From: Eledone cirrhosa
Taxonomy: Eukaryota
Assembly (NCBI GenBank): GCA_964016885.1
Contig: CAXHJY010001404.1
Span: forward strand, 186,001 to 250,000
Length of the DNA stretch: 64,000 nucleotides
Direction: 5' to 3'
Under the pieces are notes generated by a model, which was not told the origin of the DNA, ran no database searches, and saw only the letters and a program-made list of their open reading frames with translations. Shown here piece by piece: positions 14,932-28,258 of this stretch (position 1 is its first letter; every line of letters begins with the position of its first letter). The position numbers and the translations under genes were made by a program.

Positions 14932-16521
14932 TCATCATCATCATCATCATCATCAACGTTTAACGTCCGTGTTCCACGCTTGCATGGGTTTGGACGGGGG
15001 TAGTCCCACTTGAGGCAAGAGTGATTGTCTTGCTCGCATAGGACTGTCTGGCAGGTTTTCTACAGTTGGATGCCCTTCCTAACACCAACCACATTTACAG
15101 TGTGGGTCTGGGAGGTTTTTACCGTGTTGCCTACACGGCCACATTACAGCGTGGACTGTGTGTTTTTTTGTCGTGACACCTACACGATCTCATTTGTTTC
15201 GGCCTCGAAGGCGCGGCACCAACATAACTTTACATAGAACGGGGTGGTGTGGATCGGGTGGGGGTGGGGGTGGTGGGACGGGGTGTATTTTGTTAGAGAT
15301 GCCTACTGGCTGGAGTAGGTTTTACTATATATTTAGGTAAGGCGGGTCTTCTCTGTTACTGAGTACCGCCAAAGGTCTCGGTCCAGTGACATTGTCTTGG
15401 AGAGGTGTAAGTGTGTGGTGTCGGAGTTTATCAGCTCGTCCCAGGTTTTTCTAGGTCTGCCTATTCCGTGACTACCGTCTATCTTTATTGCCCTGCACTT
15501 TGTTATACAGCTATCGACTTTCATGCGCATCACGTGTCCATACCAACGTAGCCTTCTCTCGAGTAAACAACATCTGATCCCTCTTATCTCTAATTTTTTC
15601 CTTAGTTCGTTTATGCTTTGCCGTTCACGTATATTACTGTTACACATCCAGCGGAGCATGCAAGCTTCGTTCCTCTCTAGTCTGCGTATATCCTCTGCAC
15701 ACAATGCCCAGGTCTCACTGCCATGCAGCATTGCTGTTCGTATGCAGGCATCGTACAACCTGCCTTTCATTTTTAGTGAGAACCCTTTAGCAGCTAATAG
15801 TGGTATAAGCTCTCTGAACTTTTTCCAACCAGTTCTGACTCTAGCTACAGTACTTTCAGAGCACCCTCCCCCACTGCTGATTTTATCGCCCAGGTAACGG
15901 AAGCTGTCCACTATTTCTATAGAACCCTCTGCGCAATTGAAAGAGCTAGTAGTTTGTGGGCACTTGCTGCTACTTATTGCACCAGAGCACCGGCCACATG
16001 TAAAATCTATGTTCTTAGTTAGCTTACCTGTGATCCCACTACATCTTTTATGCACCCATACTTTGCATTTAGGACATAAAATGGAGTTTCTACCTACGCC
16101 TTTCCTACACACCGAGCACGACCATTTCCCAGAAGGGACCGCCGCCTTGTTTTCTTTCCTACAAACTAGTACTTTGGTCTTAGCCAGGTTAATTTTAAGT
16201 CCTTTTGACTCTAGGCCGTGCTTCCATGTTTGGAATTTCTTCTCTAGCTCGGCCATTGATTCCGCTATGAGTGTCAGGTCGTCTGCGTATAGGAGTTCCC
16301 ATGGGCAGCCTGTCTTGAACTCCTCTGTTATAGCCTGAAGGGCAATAATAAATAGTAGTGGACTGAGAACAGAGCCCTGATGGACGCCAACTTTTACGCT
16401 AAACTCTTCACTATATTCGTTGTTAATTCTAACCTTGCTGACTGTTTCTTTATACATGGCTTGTATAGCCCTCACAAGCCATTCGTCAACGCCTAGTTTT
16501 CTAAGAGCCCACCAGATAATG
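14932..16521 (-). mobile_element. RTE-clade LINE, 5'-truncated within RT, open frame through YADD to the stop
   Basis: ORF 15333-16673 (its N-terminal part is TA repeat); near-identical to 6793-8099. Confidence 0.93.
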
Positions 16522-16677
16522 AAATATATATATATAAATATATATAAATATATATATATATACATATATATATATAAATATATATATATAAATATATATA
16601 AATATATATATATATACATATATATATATAAATATATATATATAAATATATATAAATATATATATATATACATATAT

Positions 16678-16897
16678 AAAATAAAGTTAAATAAAAGTCA
16701 AATAATTAAAATTTAGCTTCGTTTATTACTGCTATATATATTTCAGTGACAGCCATCTTTGGCTGTGACCTCTTCAGGCAGTTTGAATTAGTATGGTATA
16801 GACAAGTACATATGTTGTTTAGGTGTATGATATTGTCAATACTCTGATATGCCCAGTTCCTTGTTGGGTTGTTAATTCACTGGGGAACTGGAGTCAT
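16678..16897 (-). mobile_element. Second copy of the hammerhead-bearing element
   Basis: Near-identical to 8676-8897. Confidence 0.65.
16728..16782 (-). ncRNA. Type I hammerhead ribozyme motif (copy 2)
   Basis: Same fold as 8726-8782, one TA unit shorter in stem III. Confidence 0.8.
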
Positions 16898-16904
16898 ATA
16901 TATA

Positions 16905-16967
<63 letters not shown>

Positions 16968-17036
16968 AAAAAGAGATGAAATCGAAAATGCAACTGGAGT
17001 CTTATTTTTTTTTAAAATATATATATTTATTTGGTT

Positions 17037-17074
17037 CCTTTACCGGTTTCGCAGTTCTTCTGCTTTTCAAAAGG
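17037..17074 (-). ncRNA. Minimal hammerhead ribozyme, U3-A8 core variant
   Basis: CCTT-TTGAAAA-GCAG(AAGAA)CTGC-GAAA-CCGG-TA-AAGG; palindromic stem III ACCGGT. Confidence 0.7.
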
Positions 17075-17144
17075 TGAGTTGAGATGGAGGGTCTGTGGTT
17101 TTTCTCACATGTGAGAAAAACCACAGACCCTCCATCTCAACTCA

Positions 17145-17179
17145 CCTTTTGAAAAGCAGAACTGCGAAACCGGTAAAGG
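17145..17179 (+). ncRNA. Minimal hammerhead ribozyme, U3-A8 core variant (other arm, loop II 3 nt shorter)
   Basis: CCTT-TTGAAAA-GCAGAACTGC-GAAA-CCGG-TA-AAGG. Confidence 0.65.
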
Positions 17180-17369
17180 AACCAAATAAATATATATATT
17201 TTTTAAAAAAATAAGACTCCAGTTGCATTTTCGATTTCATCTCTTTTTCTTTATACTTTCACTCGTGTAGGACACCTCGGTTATTTTTCATTTTGTAAAA
17301 AAAAACCTCACAGGATCAAGTGGAGGAAGCTCGTCGCCCAATGTTCCACAAGGGACTGGAGGAACTAAG

Positions 17370-17634
<265 letters not shown>

Positions 17635-17653
17635 CATATACATATATATATAT

Positions 17654-17696
<43 letters not shown>

Positions 17697-17707
17697 CATA
17701 TATATAT

Positions 17708-18272
17708 CATGCTCCACTGGATGTGTAATAGTAATATACGTGAACGGCAAAGCATAAATGAACTAAGGGAGAAATTAGGAATAAGAGGGATCAGATGTTG
17801 TTTACTCAAGAGAAGACTACGTTGGTATGGTCACGTGATGCACATGAAAGACGACAGCTGTATAAAAAAGTGCAGGGCGATAAAAATAGACGGTAGCCAC
17901 GGAGTAGGCAGACCCAGAAAAACCTCGGACGACTTGATAAATTCCGACCTCACACACTTACACCTCTCCAAGACAATGTCACTGGACCGAGATCTTTGCC
18001 GCTACACAGTTATACAGAAGACCCGCCTTGCCTAAGTACAAAGCGAAACCTACAGTCAGTAGGCACCTTTAACAAAATACACCCCCGTCCCACTACCCCC
18101 ACCCCATCCACACCACCCCCTTAAATGTGAAGTTAGGTTGGTACCACAACATCCAGTCCGAAACAAATGAGGTCGTGTAGGTGTCAGGACAAAAAAACAC
18201 ACAGTCCACGCTGTAATGTGGCCGTGTAGGCAACACGGTAAAAACCTCCCAGTACACACTGTAAACGTGGTT
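17708..18272 (+). mobile_element. RTE LINE 3' fragment, more diverged
   Basis: ORF 17709-18035 ([16 protein letters not shown]) plus partial 3' UTR, flanked by TA. Confidence 0.9.
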
Positions 18273-19210
<938 letters not shown>

Positions 19211-19484
19211 CGTATATGTGTGTGCATACATATATTTTACATATTGCATATACATTACGTATATATGTTTTCTGACTACCTCCTGCGTCTTTAATTTCAC
19301 TAAATCCTTCAGTTCATGAATTATGTTGTATTCATATTTGATCATAAAGGGGTTAGAGTTTTTGTCATTAAAATATCCAAGAGCTCTGGGGGGTTGGCTA
19401 AACTTGCACATGTATGAGTTGTAAAAACATATTTAATGGTGTTTAATCATTAGAAAAGTTTCAAAAACATCCCCACATAGTTGA

Positions 19485-20010
19485 TACCTGCTGTATGATA
19501 TATGAAGTTTCCTGCCTGAACATGATACCTGATGTATATGTGTAGTCTTCAGTCTAAACATGGTACCTGTTGTATGATATGTGAAGTCTTCAGTCTTAAC
19601 ATAGTACCTGTTGTGTGATATGGGAAGTCTTCAGTTTTAACGTTATCTGTTGTATGATATGGGAAGTCTTCAGTCTTAACATAGTACCTGTTGTATGATA
19701 TGTGAAGTCTTCAGTCTTAACATAGTACCTGTTGTATGATATGTGAAGTCTTCAGTCTTAACATAGTACCTGTTGTGTGATATGTGAAGTCTTCAGTCTT
19801 AACATAGTACCTGTTGTGTGATATGTGAAGTCTTCAGTCTTAGCATAGTACCTGTTGTGTGATATGTGAAGTCTTCAGTCTTAACATAGTACCTGTTGTG
19901 TGATATGTGAAGTCTTCAGTTTTAACGTTATCTGTTGTATGATATGGGAAGTCTTCAGCCTTAACGTGACACCTGTTGTATGATATGGGAAGAGTCCATT
20001 CTTCTTAACA
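19485..20010. repeat. 41-bp minisatellite, about 12-13 copies
   Basis: Unit TACCTGTTGTRTGATATGTGAAGTCTTCAGTCTTAACATAG starting at 19685, 19726, 19767, 19808, 19849 and 19890; edges degenerate. Confidence 0.92.
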
Positions 20011-21999
20011 CTACCATAATAAAACACTGGATCAATTACTCTACAATACTTTTCTTCTTTTCTTTATTTACCTGTATTTTTTATTTATTTGTTAGTCTTA
20101 AAATCATTTGGATAGTGGCAGTGCTCGCAAAATGTCTGACTATCACTGTCACTACCACCACTGCTGCCACCACTGTTAACATGGGTCAATGCAATCAATC
20201 ACCATTACTACAGTTCCCACCACCACAACTACCACTGCCACCAACACCACACTACTGCCACCACTAAAATTATTACATTACGTTCATTAGTTACTTTAAA
20301 GAACACACATACACACATGCATATACACACATATACATATATATAATCTGTTATTATCTCTACGTTGTCATCTCATCATCATCTGCAGCTGCTGGTGCTG
20401 CTGTTTTGTAGATAATAGGATGTGATATTCACGTGAGTGATGTATAACATCATCATTGGAAGCCTTCCTCCATTTCCATAAATGTCACTCCACAGCCCAC
20501 TCTATACCTCACTCCATAGCCCAATCCATAGATCTTACTCCATAGCTCTCGCTCCATGTCTCAATTTATAGATCTCATTGAATAGATCTTACACCATAAC
20601 TCTCTCCATCGGTCTCACTCCTTAGATCTCACTCCATAATACACTCCATAGAGCTCATCTCAGATTTTTCTTCCATAGTTAGCCAGAAATTATTTGTTTG
20701 TTCTTTAAGGATATCTCTTTACTCTCTGCCTCACTCCATCCTATGTCTATGGTGTCTGTTGTATAGGTTTTCTGTCTACCTACTTTAAATTCACAAGACT
20801 TTCTTTAACCTAAGGCCATGGTAAAAGACAAATGCTGGGATAGAACCTCCCTCTCACTCTCTCTCACACACACACACACACTGATAAATGTTTTTTTTAT
20901 TTTTCCCTTATTTTTTTTGTCTGTAGTTTCCCTCCTCATTGTTATTTTACTTTAACATGACTTGAACTCTTAATTGATAAGCTATTGGAAAGCCATGTTA
21001 AATATGTAGTTTCAAATCTCTGTTGGGCTTGTTTACAAAACTCCTTCCTCCTTGGTTGAGATTGACAACCTCCTCATCCCCAATCACATTTCTTAAATAG
21101 TTGCAGTGGAATTCTGTTTGTGAACAGGTCATAAAGAGCATAACAGAAATTTTGACACCATGAATTAAATATAAAGGGAATATAACAGTCTTTGTGCGTT
21201 TTTTTCAAATGGTTAAAATGACCCTTCTATGAAGTAATTGCTGCACATTTATCACGAAAGCTTGGGACTTACTTTATTGACTCCTCCTGGGGAACAAAAT
21301 GCCTTATCGGATTTGAACTCACAATATTAAGGATGAAACTAAATACTATAAGGCAGGGATCAGACCTTTTGCCATCAACCCCTTTCATGGAATCATTAGT
21401 CCCAGGTACTTACAAAAATAAATAAGTAAACAATATGAAATGAATAAGCAATAAAGGCTAATTATATACATATAATTAGTCTTTATTGTCTATTCTGATT
21501 GACTGGTACTTTATTTTATCAACCCCAGAAGAATGAAAGGTAAAGTTGACTTCAGCAGGATTTGAACCCTATAAATACTGTAAAGCTTTTTGTCCGATAC
21601 TCTACTGGTACTGCCAATCTACTGCCCTTTAATATGATATACTAAATATACTTTCTGTTGCTTGTTTGTTATTATAGCACATACCTGCATAAGTTTGGCT
21701 GACTTGCTTTGAAGTTGCATCTTGTTGGCAGTTTATCTAGTGTCTTATTGATAGGGGATCCTATCATGTCACTGTTTTTATGGTGGCAGAAGGTAGAATT
21801 TGAACTCACAACACAGAGCTGGAACAGATACTACAAGTTACATTTCTAACAATTTTGTTAATCTAACACCCTGGCCTTGTGTTCTTTTTATCGATTCTGA
21901 AAGGATAAAAGGCAATGTTGACCTTGGCGAGGTTGGGACTCGAAGGGCTGGAACAAATATAGAAGGCCAGTTCACTCTAAATGTCATGTACTGCAAGAA

Positions 22000-22420
22000 A
22001 CCATATTAGCAAGACATACTTGTAAAGTACTAAACAGCATTATGACTGCATCACATTAAAAATTAAAGTCCCAACTTTAGCTTACTGCGAATTTTCACTA
22101 ATGAACATTTGAATCAACTAACTACATGGGACCACATTAGCAAGACATTCTTGAGAAGTATAAAACAGTTCTATAACCGTGTGACATTAAAAATTAAAAC
22201 CTTTACTTTAGTTTACTGCAAATTTTCACAATTATCTGTCCACTAGCAAAGATAGTATAAACATTTAAATCAACAAACCACATTGAATCACATCAGCAAT
22301 GCTTTCTTGAAAAGTATAAAACCGCATATGACTGCATCATTTAGTTTACTGCAAATTTTCATAATGATCTGTCCACTGATTAAGATACTAGAAACATTTG
22401 GATTAATCAACCTGCAACCA
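22000..22420. repeat. Degenerate tandem repeat, about 3 units of 130-160 bp
   Basis: Recurring cacattagcaagaca.tcttg..aagtataaaac...tttagtttactgcaaattttca. Confidence 0.7.
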
Positions 22421-23321
22421 GATATTTTCTGATAAATCATTGCAGAATGTTAAGAGTTAATAATGCAAATTTTCTCTATGATGTAAAGATACTCTAAACA
22501 TTTTTAGACATATTTGTCTCCTAAATCATTACAGGATGTTACCAGTTCATCTGTCACTTGACTTACTATAAGTAACTGCCAAATGACACATTAGATAAAG
22601 GCAGTTCTAGACATAGGAATAAAATATAGGATGGTCGTGGTTGCAATATTTTTGATCATCTGACTGCTGGGTGAAGGCTAAATGAAAGGATGCATAATGT
22701 GTTAAGATGGGGTGCAGAGGGAAAATGTTTAATATAAATTTTGCCTGATTCTTTCTCTGATTCATAGTTCTCTCTTAATCCTTTACAAAGATAACTTAAC
22801 ATTTGGTTCTTATACAAAATTTTGTTGGAAGATTTTAATACAAAAAAGAACCCTTTAAAATATAGATAGTTTAGTTTCATAGAACAACCAGAGCCAGTTT
22901 TGGTTGGGTTGGTATCAAAAGGCTCAAACTACTGTGTTGTTAGATTCACATCAGTGGTCTACACCTTTCCCTAATTTATAGCTCTGTTTTAACCCTTTCG
23001 TTATTATATTTCTAATGAAATATGCTGTGTATAGTTTTCAAATGATTTTGAAAATAAAAGGGATTTAGCAATATAACTAATTTGCTTGTTATTAAGCTGG
23101 TGTTTGGAACATAATATAAAATTATGATGGATAGTTTATCGATAAATATAAAAACACTTCAAAATTAGCACCTCTTTATCGTAAAAGCAGGACTAGTTTC
23201 AGGTGGTTTGGTATCAAAACAATGTGCTGTTAGATTCACATCAATAGTCTACACATTTCTCTAATTCACAGCTTAAATTACCTCAATGATCTATTGATAG
23301 GTTCACATCAGTGATTTAAAT

Positions 23322-23625
23322 CAGGCCTTCCCGAAACTACGGGTGTGAGGGGGGTCACATAAAAATTCAGAGGCCACTTCAAGTTAAATTCAGAATTTTT
23401 TTTTTATACAATCAAGCTTTAGAATCATTATTTGTTTTCCTGCAAAAAATAAATCTTTGCAATTGGACATTTAAAAATAAATCTACTAAGTTAATATTTA
23501 ATAACTGTGTCAAATTTAAACAGTGACACAACAAATTTATTTTACTATTTTCCAGGAGTGGGAGTCACGATAAATTTCTTTAAAAAAAATAGGTGGTTGC
23601 GATTTAGAATGTTTGGGAATACCTG
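23322..23625. mobile_element. hAT-like MITE (decayed)
   Basis: Ends CAGGCCTTCCCGAAAC and GTTTGGGAATACCTG. Confidence 0.5.
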
Positions 23626-23682
23626 ATGTACACATTTCTTTAATTCACAACTCTATGCTAGGTTTACATCACCAGTCAATGC

Positions 23683-24000
23683 CAGGGGTTTCAAACATGC
23701 AGCTCACAAGTTTTTTTTTTTTTATTGACTGCAGCTGAACAATTTTTTTTGACTAATTAAGGAAAATTTGAAACAGAAAATTTGTTCCTCTACATTTTAT
23801 AGTAATTCATATATATCACTTACTATCATATGTGTATTCATTTTGATGAAAAATAAATAAATAGCAACCTATCAGTTGTATTGCTTATTAACATTATCAC
23901 AATGCCCCCCCCCCCCTCTACCTCATTTCACCTTTCACTCACTGTCCTCTTTTCCAGGATGTAATGGCCCTTTTGAGTCTTTGAGAGTTTGAGACCCCTG
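23683..24000. mobile_element. hAT-like MITE
   Basis: TIRs CAGGGGTTTCAAAC and GTTTGAGACCCCTG; degenerate 8-bp flanks gtcaatgc and gtctacac. Confidence 0.65.
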
Positions 24001-24143
24001 GTCTACACTGCTAATTCACATTTCTTACCTAATCTACAAACTTAAACTGTGTTAAATTCATATCTGTTTTTGACACATCTCCCTTTTTCATTTTTTGGTT
24101 TCTTTAAAAAATGTTAATTCTCTTTTTTCTTCTATCACTCCAG

Positions 24144-24228
24144 ATGCCACAGACGCCTGACAAAACGAAAACGCCTACAGAACGGAAGCGCAAACGAAAA
24201 AATAATGTAGATAATAATTGTGAAGCAG
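24144..24228 (+). CDS. TLK: Coding exon of a Tousled-like kinase-like gene (MPQTPDKTKTPTERKRKRKNNVDNNCEA/G)
   Basis: Polypyrimidine tract and cag acceptor (24141-24143), G|gtgag donor. 85 nt, ends in phase 1, matching the next exon. TP..K...RKRK recalls ETPEKK...RKRK in the TLK1/2 N-terminus (recognised from memory, no search run). Confidence 0.78.
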
Positions 24229-24252
24229 GTGAGAATTTTTTTACTGTTTTAA

Positions 24253-24448
24253 CCCTTTAGCATTCATATTATTTTATATATACTATATATTTTCATAGTA
24301 AAGGCTTTACCTCACATAATTATCTCACATAATATTGAATCTATGAGATTTTGAAAGTATTTATTTTGAGATCAATACCTTAACATCAGTTTGAGCGACC
24401 AGTTTCAACAGGAGGTAGAGAATTCTGGCCGATTTGAACACTAAAGGG
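24253..24448. mobile_element. TTAA-flanked piggyBac-type MITE about 25 bp downstream of the exon donor
   Basis: ttaa-CCCTTTAGCATTCA ... TGAACACTAAAGGG-ttaa. Confidence 0.75.
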
Positions 24449-26422
24449 TTAAAGAGAATTTCTGTATTAGTTTGGAAGGCTTTGCTTTAACACAAGTAAT
24501 TGAAAGAACATATTGGATTCGGTGCTGTAAATTATCTTCTGGGATATTAATATAAATGATAACCCAGAAGTAGACCACGAGCAAGATGGTTGGAGAACAT
24601 CCATAAACTCAGTTGGTCTTGATTAGGGACCCAGCCGGATCAATTGGGAATGGTTGCTTCTGATAGGACCCTGAGGAATAAGTAAGTGGGTGAAGAAGAT
24701 TAGACATTATAAACATCAATCTGATTATACTTCTTGCTGCAAATATTGGACTAAGATATGGTATGACATTAGTAAAATAAATCCTCTGTTAGTGATAGAT
24801 TATTTTATGAAGATTAAATCACTGTTATCATTTTATGTCTGCTTTCTATGCTGACATGGGTTGGGTGGTTTGTCAGTTTGAAACTAAATGGGTCAGAGAA
24901 CAACATTGCTGGTATGTTTCATTTTTGGCATGGTTTCTATGGCTGTATGCTGTTCCTAATGCCAACTACTTTATAAAGTACTGAGTGCTTCTTATCATGA
25001 CACCAGCACTAGAGGGGTCATTATGCCCTTGTCATGACTAAAAGGTCCTCTCAATGCCACATTATTTCAGTTTGATTGTTACCACTTTTCAGAGTGTACT
25101 GGGTGTATTTTTATCATGAAATTAGCTCTAGTAGGTTTGTCTTGGCACTCTCAAGACTGCTCAGCATTGACTCCATTCATTCAAGTTGTTAAAATAGCAA
25201 TAATAATTTAAGTAATTAATTATATTGCTTGGGATAAAATTAATTTTAATAAAATAACATAAATAATTTCCAGTAGTTAATTTGAGAAGAGGATTTAGCA
25301 TATGGTTCACTTAGTATATTGGCTGGTTTAACACCACTACTTTGCCCTTTAGTGCCTTTAGTAGAGTTCACTCTGTTGAAATCCTTTGGGCCAGGTCACC
25401 AGTTTAGGATACTTTGGACCCTCCCTCCCAATAGTCTTAGAAGACCTAAAAAGGGTCACAGACACTACCTTTCCCTTATGACTAAACAATAAAGATGTTC
25501 TATAGTGGAATTGGTAACACAGGCATCCAGTAAGTGATAAACATTTAGTTCTGGTTTATTTAATGTCCACATTCTCTGGTTTCAATGGGGAAGAGTAGGG
25601 AGGGTAGTTCTTCTCCAGGTTTCAGTGATTAGACTGACTGGCTATGCTGGGATTTCACATTCAAGGGATTTGGTTAATCATATTGACTCCAGTACATGTT
25701 TTTTTTAACACTTTTGATACCAACCTGCCCAAAACTGCTTCTTGTTTTATGAAACCAAACCACACATTTGAAAAGGTTTCCCATATAAATTAAAATCTTT
25801 CAACATAATTTGATATCAGAACTTTTTGTTATGTTACAAATATCATCTTAATAATGAAGGAATTAATTCAGATACAATATATATCATTAGAAATATAGTC
25901 ACAAAAAGGTTCAAGTCTAATACTCATTTTATTGATAAAAACAAGCAGTAAGCACATAGACACACAGACACATATGATAGGCCTCTTCACGGTTTCCATC
26001 CCTCAAATTTCACTCTGAAGACATTGGTCAGCCTGAGGCTATAGTAAACACTTACCCAAAGTGCCACACACTGGGACTGAACCTGAAACCATGTAGTCAT
26101 AAAACAAACTCCTTAGCCCCATGGCCATGCCTGTGCTTTTAGTCATGTCATTGTTTTGGAGTTTTTTTTTTTTAAGAGAATCTACTTTTATTTCAAGAAT
26201 ATCCTTTTATTTCTGTATATATATAGTTAATTGTTTTATCATCGTTTCAGCAATAATCAAACATGTTATTGTTGTATTGACTAATAAATAGCCGTTATGT
26301 ACCTTCATAGAATTAGCCTCTACAAAATACATTCCTTCTGACATTTATCCCCAGAAACAAGTTCTAATAGGGTCATATGTTCTATCTTAATTGAATAGAA
26401 TATTAGTTTGTGTGTGTGTGTA

Positions 26423-26520
26423 TACAAGGTGTCCCAAAAATGTATACACTTTGATTACCTGTACAGGCAATATTTATTAGAATGCTGTTGAAGTGTGTAT
26501 ACATTTTTGGAGGATATTCA
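26423..26520. mobile_element. Short Tc1/mariner-type MITE
   Basis: TA-CAAGGTGTCCCAAAAATGTATACAC ... GTGTATACATTTTTGGAGGATA inverted ends. Confidence 0.55.
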
Positions 26521-27406
26521 ATTGATGAGAGCTGGTTGAGTGGAATAACTATTTTGTTACTATATTTATAATAAAATACACAGTATTTGAATTGATTAAT
26601 GAAGAATTTGATAAAATTTATCATTTCATTAAAAGACTATTTGTAACATGACAAAAAGTTCTTATGTCAAATTATTATGAATAGTTTTCTTTTAAAATTG
26701 GAGGTTTCATTTCATAGAACCAGAAATCATTTTGGGTGGTTTGGTAACAAAAGTGTTAAGTATAGGGCTATTTGTTCATAAAATATGAATACAAATATTC
26801 TACGGCAGTTTATTCAACATTGCCATAGTTCACCTAACTGTCTTTTAGAATAGTACCAGATCCATTTTGGAAATGTTACTTGTAATAAATTTGTGTTCTA
26901 TTTAATCTTTATGATACAAAGTTGTTTGTTTTAAAGTGTTTATATTTAACTTTTAACCTTCCATCATAATGTTGTTAAGAAAATTTTAAGTTATGCTCCA
27001 AACACCAGCTTAAAAATGAGAAAGTTAGTTTACTAAATCCCTCAAAGTTCTTGATTATTTTCAAAATTAATTGAAAATCATAGGATGTCTTTTCATTAGA
27101 AATATGATAACAAAAAGGTTAAGGGGTGATGTTTGTCTTTCATCTATCCAATTAACCCTTTCATTACTATATTTCTAATGAAATAACCTGCCTGCCTATG
27201 TGCTTCAGTTAATTTTGAAAATAACCAACATTTTTTAGGCTTTCTGTAAAATAACTGTTTTTCATTAGTAAGCTGATATTCAAAACATTACTTAACCCTT
27301 TAGCCTTTACATTACTCTATATTTACTATTGTATTTTCACAGTAAACATTTTATCTCACATAATATTAAGTCTAAGATTTTGATATTATTTATTTTGAGA
27401 ACAATA

Positions 27407-28258
27407 TGTGGGTATGGTGTGGCGTGCGGGGGGGGGGGGGGGGGGGGGGTGCTTGACCGGAAGGGGTTTTTGAGTGCTCGACCGGAAGAGGTCTTTGACC
27501 GGAAGGATGCTCGACCGGAAGGGCCAGGAGAGAGCCTCTCTCTAGTGGTGACCAGCACACGGTGTGGACGCGCGTTTTGGGCAGCTCCCGGTGTTAAGCA
27601 GTCGGACGCACGTGGAAGAGGAGTACCTGCAGTGGAATTTAGTGGCGCCTGTGAAAAGCGGTAAGTGAGATAGCTTTTTCTAACCACAAGCTATTTCGCG
27701 ACTGAAAAAAAAAAAAAAAAAAAACACTTGCCGCAACAAAACAAATCAGAAGATGGCGACAAGACTACGGATGAACGAAGCTATCAGGCCATTCACCGGG
27801 GAAGGTGATGTTGTCGCTTGGCTGCGGAAGGTTCGGCTGTCGCGGGCTTGCAGAAGGTAGAAGACGTGGCCGGTCTCATTGCATTGTACCTCGAGGGCGA
27901 CGCGTTGGTACTCTTCCTTGAGTTGGACGAGCACAGCCAAAGAGATGTGCAGAAGATTGAGAGACGTCTGATGGATGCATTCGCCGAGGGACCGTTGGCG
28001 GCTTTTGCTAAGCTGGCGAGAATCAGGTGGAATGGTGAGCGCGTCAACATTTTCGCAGCGGAGATAAGGCGGTTGGCTATGTTGGCGGGTTACCAGGCGG
28101 AATGCGAACGCACGGTGCGGTTGGCATTCATCAATGGATTTCCGGACGACATAGCGGTGAAACTGCAGCAAGTCCCGGGGTACAAGGAGATGGAAATGCG
28201 GTCACTGGTGGAACAAGCCCGGATCATAGCGGAAGATGCCAAAAAGATTCTAACCACA
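27407..28258 (+). mobile_element. Internally deleted Ty3/Gypsy-like LTR retrotransposon (5' LTR about 27407-27688, gag, last 11 nt of the 3' LTR)
   Basis: TGTGG...CCACA termini, 5-bp TSD CAATA (27402-27406 and 28259-28263), TTCTAACCACA at both 27678-27688 and 28248-28258, GC/CpG-rich island. Confidence 0.85.
27753..28240 (+). pseudogene. gag: Gag (capsid-like) of the LTR element, frameshifted near 27838 and truncated
   Basis: MATRLRMNEAIRPFTGEGDVVAWLRKVRL then VAGLQKVEDVAGLIALYLEGDAL...FAAEIRRLA...AFINGFPDDI, a Gypsy Gag-like pattern. Confidence 0.75.

Larger units (their letters stand above)
16961..17255. repeat. 295-bp near-perfect palindrome with no spacer, centred on ACA|TGT at 17109/17110
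   Basis: Arms of 149 and 146 nt, differing by a 3-nt indel and a few substitutions in an A/T run. Confidence 0.95.

Noticed and set aside
19485-20010. CRISPR-like array, or tandem hammerheads (CTGAAGA on the minus strand)
   Set aside because: Units are contiguous with no unique spacers, the context is eukaryotic, and there is no GAAA or stem arrangement.
27641-27655. TGGCGCC as primer-binding site
   Set aside because: The terminal repeat match TTCTAACCACA places the LTR end at 27688, so this motif appears to lie inside the LTR.
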